From the IMG/VR virus record IMGVR_UViG_3300020042_009256, positions 9,168-73,167 of that record: a DNA stretch of 64,000 nucleotides; one strand, written 5' to 3'. Of this stretch, positions 61,239 through 64,000 are shown piece by piece; position 1 is the first letter of the stretch; the number at the start of each line of letters is the position of its first letter. This DNA comes from a virus. Taxonomy: Duplodnaviria > Caudoviricetes. The notes under the pieces were generated by a model. That model did no database searches, had not been told where the DNA came from, and saw only the letters and a list, made by a program, of their open reading frames with translations. Both the position numbers and the translations under genes were made by a program.

Positions 61239-63989
61239 TTAACGATTACGACGTTTGCCTGCACGACGACCTGCCTGTGCCATCAGTTGACCCATTGCAT
61301 TAGATATGTCTTGATCATTAGGTTTGAAACCATATGCTCCTGGTGGTTCTACGCTAGCACGTTGCGCTTGACGTGCTGCCAATTCAGGATCCACCTCTTT
61401 TGATCGTTTGCTTGCAATTAGCTCTTCAATATCATCACCAATGGTTTCGTTAAAATCATACTCAGATACTGTTTGTGCAATCTCCTCATAGGGTGAAAGC
61501 CGGTCCATAGCAGACAAGGCTGTCCGGCCTTGTGTCATTAACTTACCAGCATTCGCTTGTTGTACACGACCTTTGGAAATTTTAGTTGTTTCAAGTAAGA
61601 GTCCATTTAAATCTGCACCTTCTTGTTGAGCAATAGCAGAAGCAAAATCAAGAACATCTTGTTTCTTCATTGGCTTACCACTGCGCTGACGATAATCAAG
61701 CAGCGCAGCACTAAGACGCTTACCACCTGCTAACTCAGGAGAAATTGTTTGGGTAACATCACCACCTGATGCAAGCACAGATCTAACACTTACCTCTCCC
61801 GTAGCAGGGTCAGTAAAACGTTGTTGCCTAACTTGCTGACCGGGTAACGTAACTTCCCTTCCCCCCCGACCTGCTATTGGTACCGTACGTTGCGCAGGAC
61901 CTGACACAGTTGCACCCAACCCATAACGCTCACCAAGACCTGTATCTAAAGTTGTTGCGTTAACGCGTATACGTGAGGGTTCAGAAGTCTGAATGAGAGT
62001 GTTGGCAACCGTCAAAGCTTCGTTAAGGATTGGGTTTTTACTTGGACCACCTGCATACTCGTAACCATTTTCTCTTCCTATACGAAGAGCATCGTCAATA
62101 ACTTTAATGCGATTGCCTGGGATAAGTTGTGAGAAAGCATCTTGAACTCCCTGTAAGAATAAATAATGGTTTTTAGTTCCAGGAAGTTTGTTTGTTTCTG
62201 GATCACGTTTTAACGATGCCAGAGGGAGTTGTGTGTCATTAAGACCAAGAAGCGGAGAGCGCCTTTCACCTGTTGCCTCGTCTGTGTATTTACGTTCATC
62301 CGGTACTTCATAACGTGTTTGCAAGAAGTACTTTGCACCTTCTTTAACTGCACCGGTACTAGGGTCTTCTTCCAATACAGTATGTTCTTGAATTAATGGT
62401 GCTTTACGTTTAGGTAAACCATTTTCATCTCTGATAAAATTCCCACGGTCATCAGTCAAGATTGGATTTGTTAACAAGTTGCGCAATGCTTGCGATAATG
62501 TAACGTCAGAAGTAACAGTGTTACCTGAAATATCACGACGTGTTACTTGATCAATAATGAGATTAGGACTTAAGGTTCCTAATTTTCTTTGTTGGTTTTT
62601 GGTATCTAAAATAGTAACGTCTAAGTTTTCTGTGCGGCCCAGGGTATCAATTCGTTCTGTTGACGGTTCAATTAATTTTTTATTTAGATTGTTTGTGAGG
62701 CGATTATACAAACTAACCGCTTCATCGGGGTTTTGAAAATTACGATTGGTTTGTGGGTTTTTAAATAAAGTCCCATAATTAGGATCCACGTAGCCTTCAA
62801 GGCCTGGGTTTGCAAGCAGCATTAATTTATCAACTTTTAAATACGCATTTCCAGTATTGGTGAGTTTTATCTTACCTGCATCCATGGCTTCGTATGCATT
62901 GGCAAAAAGGGCACGTTGGCCAATCTCTGCAACTTCTCTTTCTTTACCACTGCCAAATTCTTTGACGCCACCAATGGCGTAACCAACACCTTGGCCTTTG
63001 TACCGTTCTCCTTCTTCTGCACCTGAAGCATTACTGCCCGGTAATGTGACAAAAGGCTCCACTTCTTGTCGTGGGACAAAACCAACTGCTTGACCAATCT
63101 CCTCACCAATGCCACTTCCGGCTTCCCCCAAGGAAGATTGTGTTGCACCGATATCAGACTTTCTTATCAACGACCTTGTTTCTGGATCAAAGTACAGAGG
63201 TTCTAGATCACTACGGTTGTAGCGAGCTGAGGCCTTGGGCGTTGAAACAGAAATATCTTGTTTGCCTTCCGTATCGGTAATAGTAACAACTTCGGTTGGC
63301 CTGCTTTGAGTACCGGTATATCCAAAGCCTTTTGTTTTGGGAGATTGAATTTCACCACCGGAAAGTAAATAATCTTTAACACTATCAGCATTATCAGCAG
63401 TTAATAATTTGTTCCTAACGTGTTGAGTAGCAAGACGATGAACATCCGGATTGCCAATAAACATATCCGAAATGTCTCCCGTTGAAACCATAGAACTTGC
63501 CAATGCCTGACTTAGTTCTCTTGGGAAAACATTTTCATCACCAAGGTTTTTTGCAATAATTTCAGGTTTTAATAAATTATTGTCATCAAACAAAGCTTCG
63601 TTATATTTTTGAGTTATCTGAGCTGGAGGTGGAGTTTGCCTCCGTTCTTTTGCTTCTTTTAGTTTTTGTGCGGCCAAGTTACCAACTAAGCCTGGATCAA
63701 CATTAGCTTCTACGTCAAAAGCAAAGCCTTCAGGCATCGGGGCATCTTCAGCTGAAATGTCAAGAGACTGCCTTGCTTCATTTAAAGCTTGTTGACGCAA
63801 AGCTTTACGTTTGTTAAGTTGTGAAACAACTGATTCAGATGCAGATACTTTTAATTCTGCGGTAAAAGGATCTACTGTTGTTTTTCCTGCAGACGTGTAA
63901 CCACCTTCTGCCACATTGCCTACATCTTTTTGAGAAAGTGCATCAATGTTTTGAATGGTTTGATCAAGACCCGTATCGTTTGCTTGCAA
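61239..63989 (-). CDS. large probable internal virion protein; 5' end uncertain
   Basis: 916-codon open frame beginning at a TTG directly after an in-frame TAA (63990-63992). Confidence 0.6.
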   Translation of the reverse strand: MQANDTGLDQTIQNIDALSQKDVGNVAEGGYTSAGKTTVDPFTAELKVSASESVVSQLNKRKALRQQALNEARQSLDISAEDAPMPEGFAFDVEANVDPGLVGNLAAQKLKEAKERRQTPPPAQITQKYNEALFDDNNLLKPEIIAKNLGDENVFPRELSQALASSMVSTGDISDMFIGNPDVHRLATQHVRNKLLTADNADSVKDYLLSGGEIQSPKTKGFGYTGTQSRPTEVVTITDTEGKQDISVSTPKASARYNRSDLEPLYFDPETRSLIRKSDIGATQSSLGEAGSGIGEEIGQAVGFVPRQEVEPFVTLPGSNASGAEEGERYKGQGVGYAIGGVKEFGSGKEREVAEIGQRALFANAYEAMDAGKIKLTNTGNAYLKVDKLMLLANPGLEGYVDPNYGTLFKNPQTNRNFQNPDEAVSLYNRLTNNLNKKLIEPSTERIDTLGRTENLDVTILDTKNQQRKLGTLSPNLIIDQVTRRDISGNTVTSDVTLSQALRNLLTNPILTDDRGNFIRDENGLPKRKAPLIQEHTVLEEDPSTGAVKEGAKYFLQTRYEVPDERKYTDEATGERRSPLLGLNDTQLPLASLKRDPETNKLPGTKNHYLFLQGVQDAFSQLIPGNRIKVIDDALRIGRENGYEYAGGPSKNPILNEALTVANTLIQTSEPSRIRVNATTLDTGLGERYGLGATVSGPAQRTVPIAGRGGREVTLPGQQVRQQRFTDPATGEVSVRSVLASGGDVTQTISPELAGGKRLSAALLDYRQRSGKPMKKQDVLDFASAIAQQEGADLNGLLLETTKISKGRVQQANAGKLMTQGRTALSAMDRLSPYEEIAQTVSEYDFNETIGDDIEELIASKRSKEVDPELAARQAQRASVEPPGAYGFKPNDQDISNAMGQLMAQAGRRAGKRRNR

Positions 63990-64000
63990 TTAGCTCTTCA
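61403..64000 (+). repeat. 26-bp exact direct repeat at 61403-61428 and 63975-64000
   Basis: ATCGTTTGCTTGCAATTAGCTCTTCA occurs at both positions; the second copy runs to the window edge. Confidence 0.95.

Noticed and set aside
722-63391. Many 60-170 aa track ORFs antisense to or nested in well-supported genes (e.g. 722-970, 7882-8172, 27991-28290, 39663-40106, 45691-46062, 46666-47079, 48519-49022, 55942-56394)
   Set aside because: They are shadow frames of genes with recognisable motifs, with no SD, promoter or motif support. Only overlaps where the downstream gene has no alternative start, or a clear SD, were kept as findings.
1-64000. tRNA, rRNA or tmRNA genes
   Set aside because: No intergenic T-loop (GGTTCGA) or cloverleaf with correct arm sizes was found by eye. 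The 42235-42309 four-way junction lacks tRNA invariant bases. tRNAscan-SE would be decisive.

Overview
The window is a 64-kb piece of a large tailed-phage genome. No tRNA, rRNA, CRISPR array, integrase or transposase was seen. The host is almost certainly a cyanobacterium: one ORF aligns gap-free with NblA and a second has a weaker NblA-like pattern. Roughly 1-33.5 kb is mostly + strand replication and metabolism: the C-terminus of a T7-type family A DNA polymerase, a tandem-OB SSB, Gp157-like, PD-(D/E)xK exonuclease, primase-polymerase/SF3 helicase, SpeD, two glycosyltransferases, Gmd plus a ColD-type dehydratase, Dps and dCTP deaminase. Minus-strand tail-fibre and endolysin cassettes interrupt it. 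From 33.5 to 64 kb the genes are almost all minus-strand virion genes: terminase, portal, scaffold, major capsid, decoration, connector, virion hydrolases and many low-complexity internal-virion-like proteins. The most unusual signals are: (1) a 638-nt dual-coding overlap in which the portal frame stays open through about two thirds of the scaffold gene, plus two more forced overlaps; (2) NblA with an acidic IPF tail and a probable second NblA; (3) a Gmd/ColD 3,6-dideoxysugar pathway; (4) a 157-bp nested inverted repeat after the replication operon; (5) three structured-RNA candidates; (6) a -10-only TAnAAT box before at least 16 minus-strand genes; (7) a 26-bp direct repeat at the right edge that coincides with a frame break. 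Family names come from motif recognition and memory, not from database searches.
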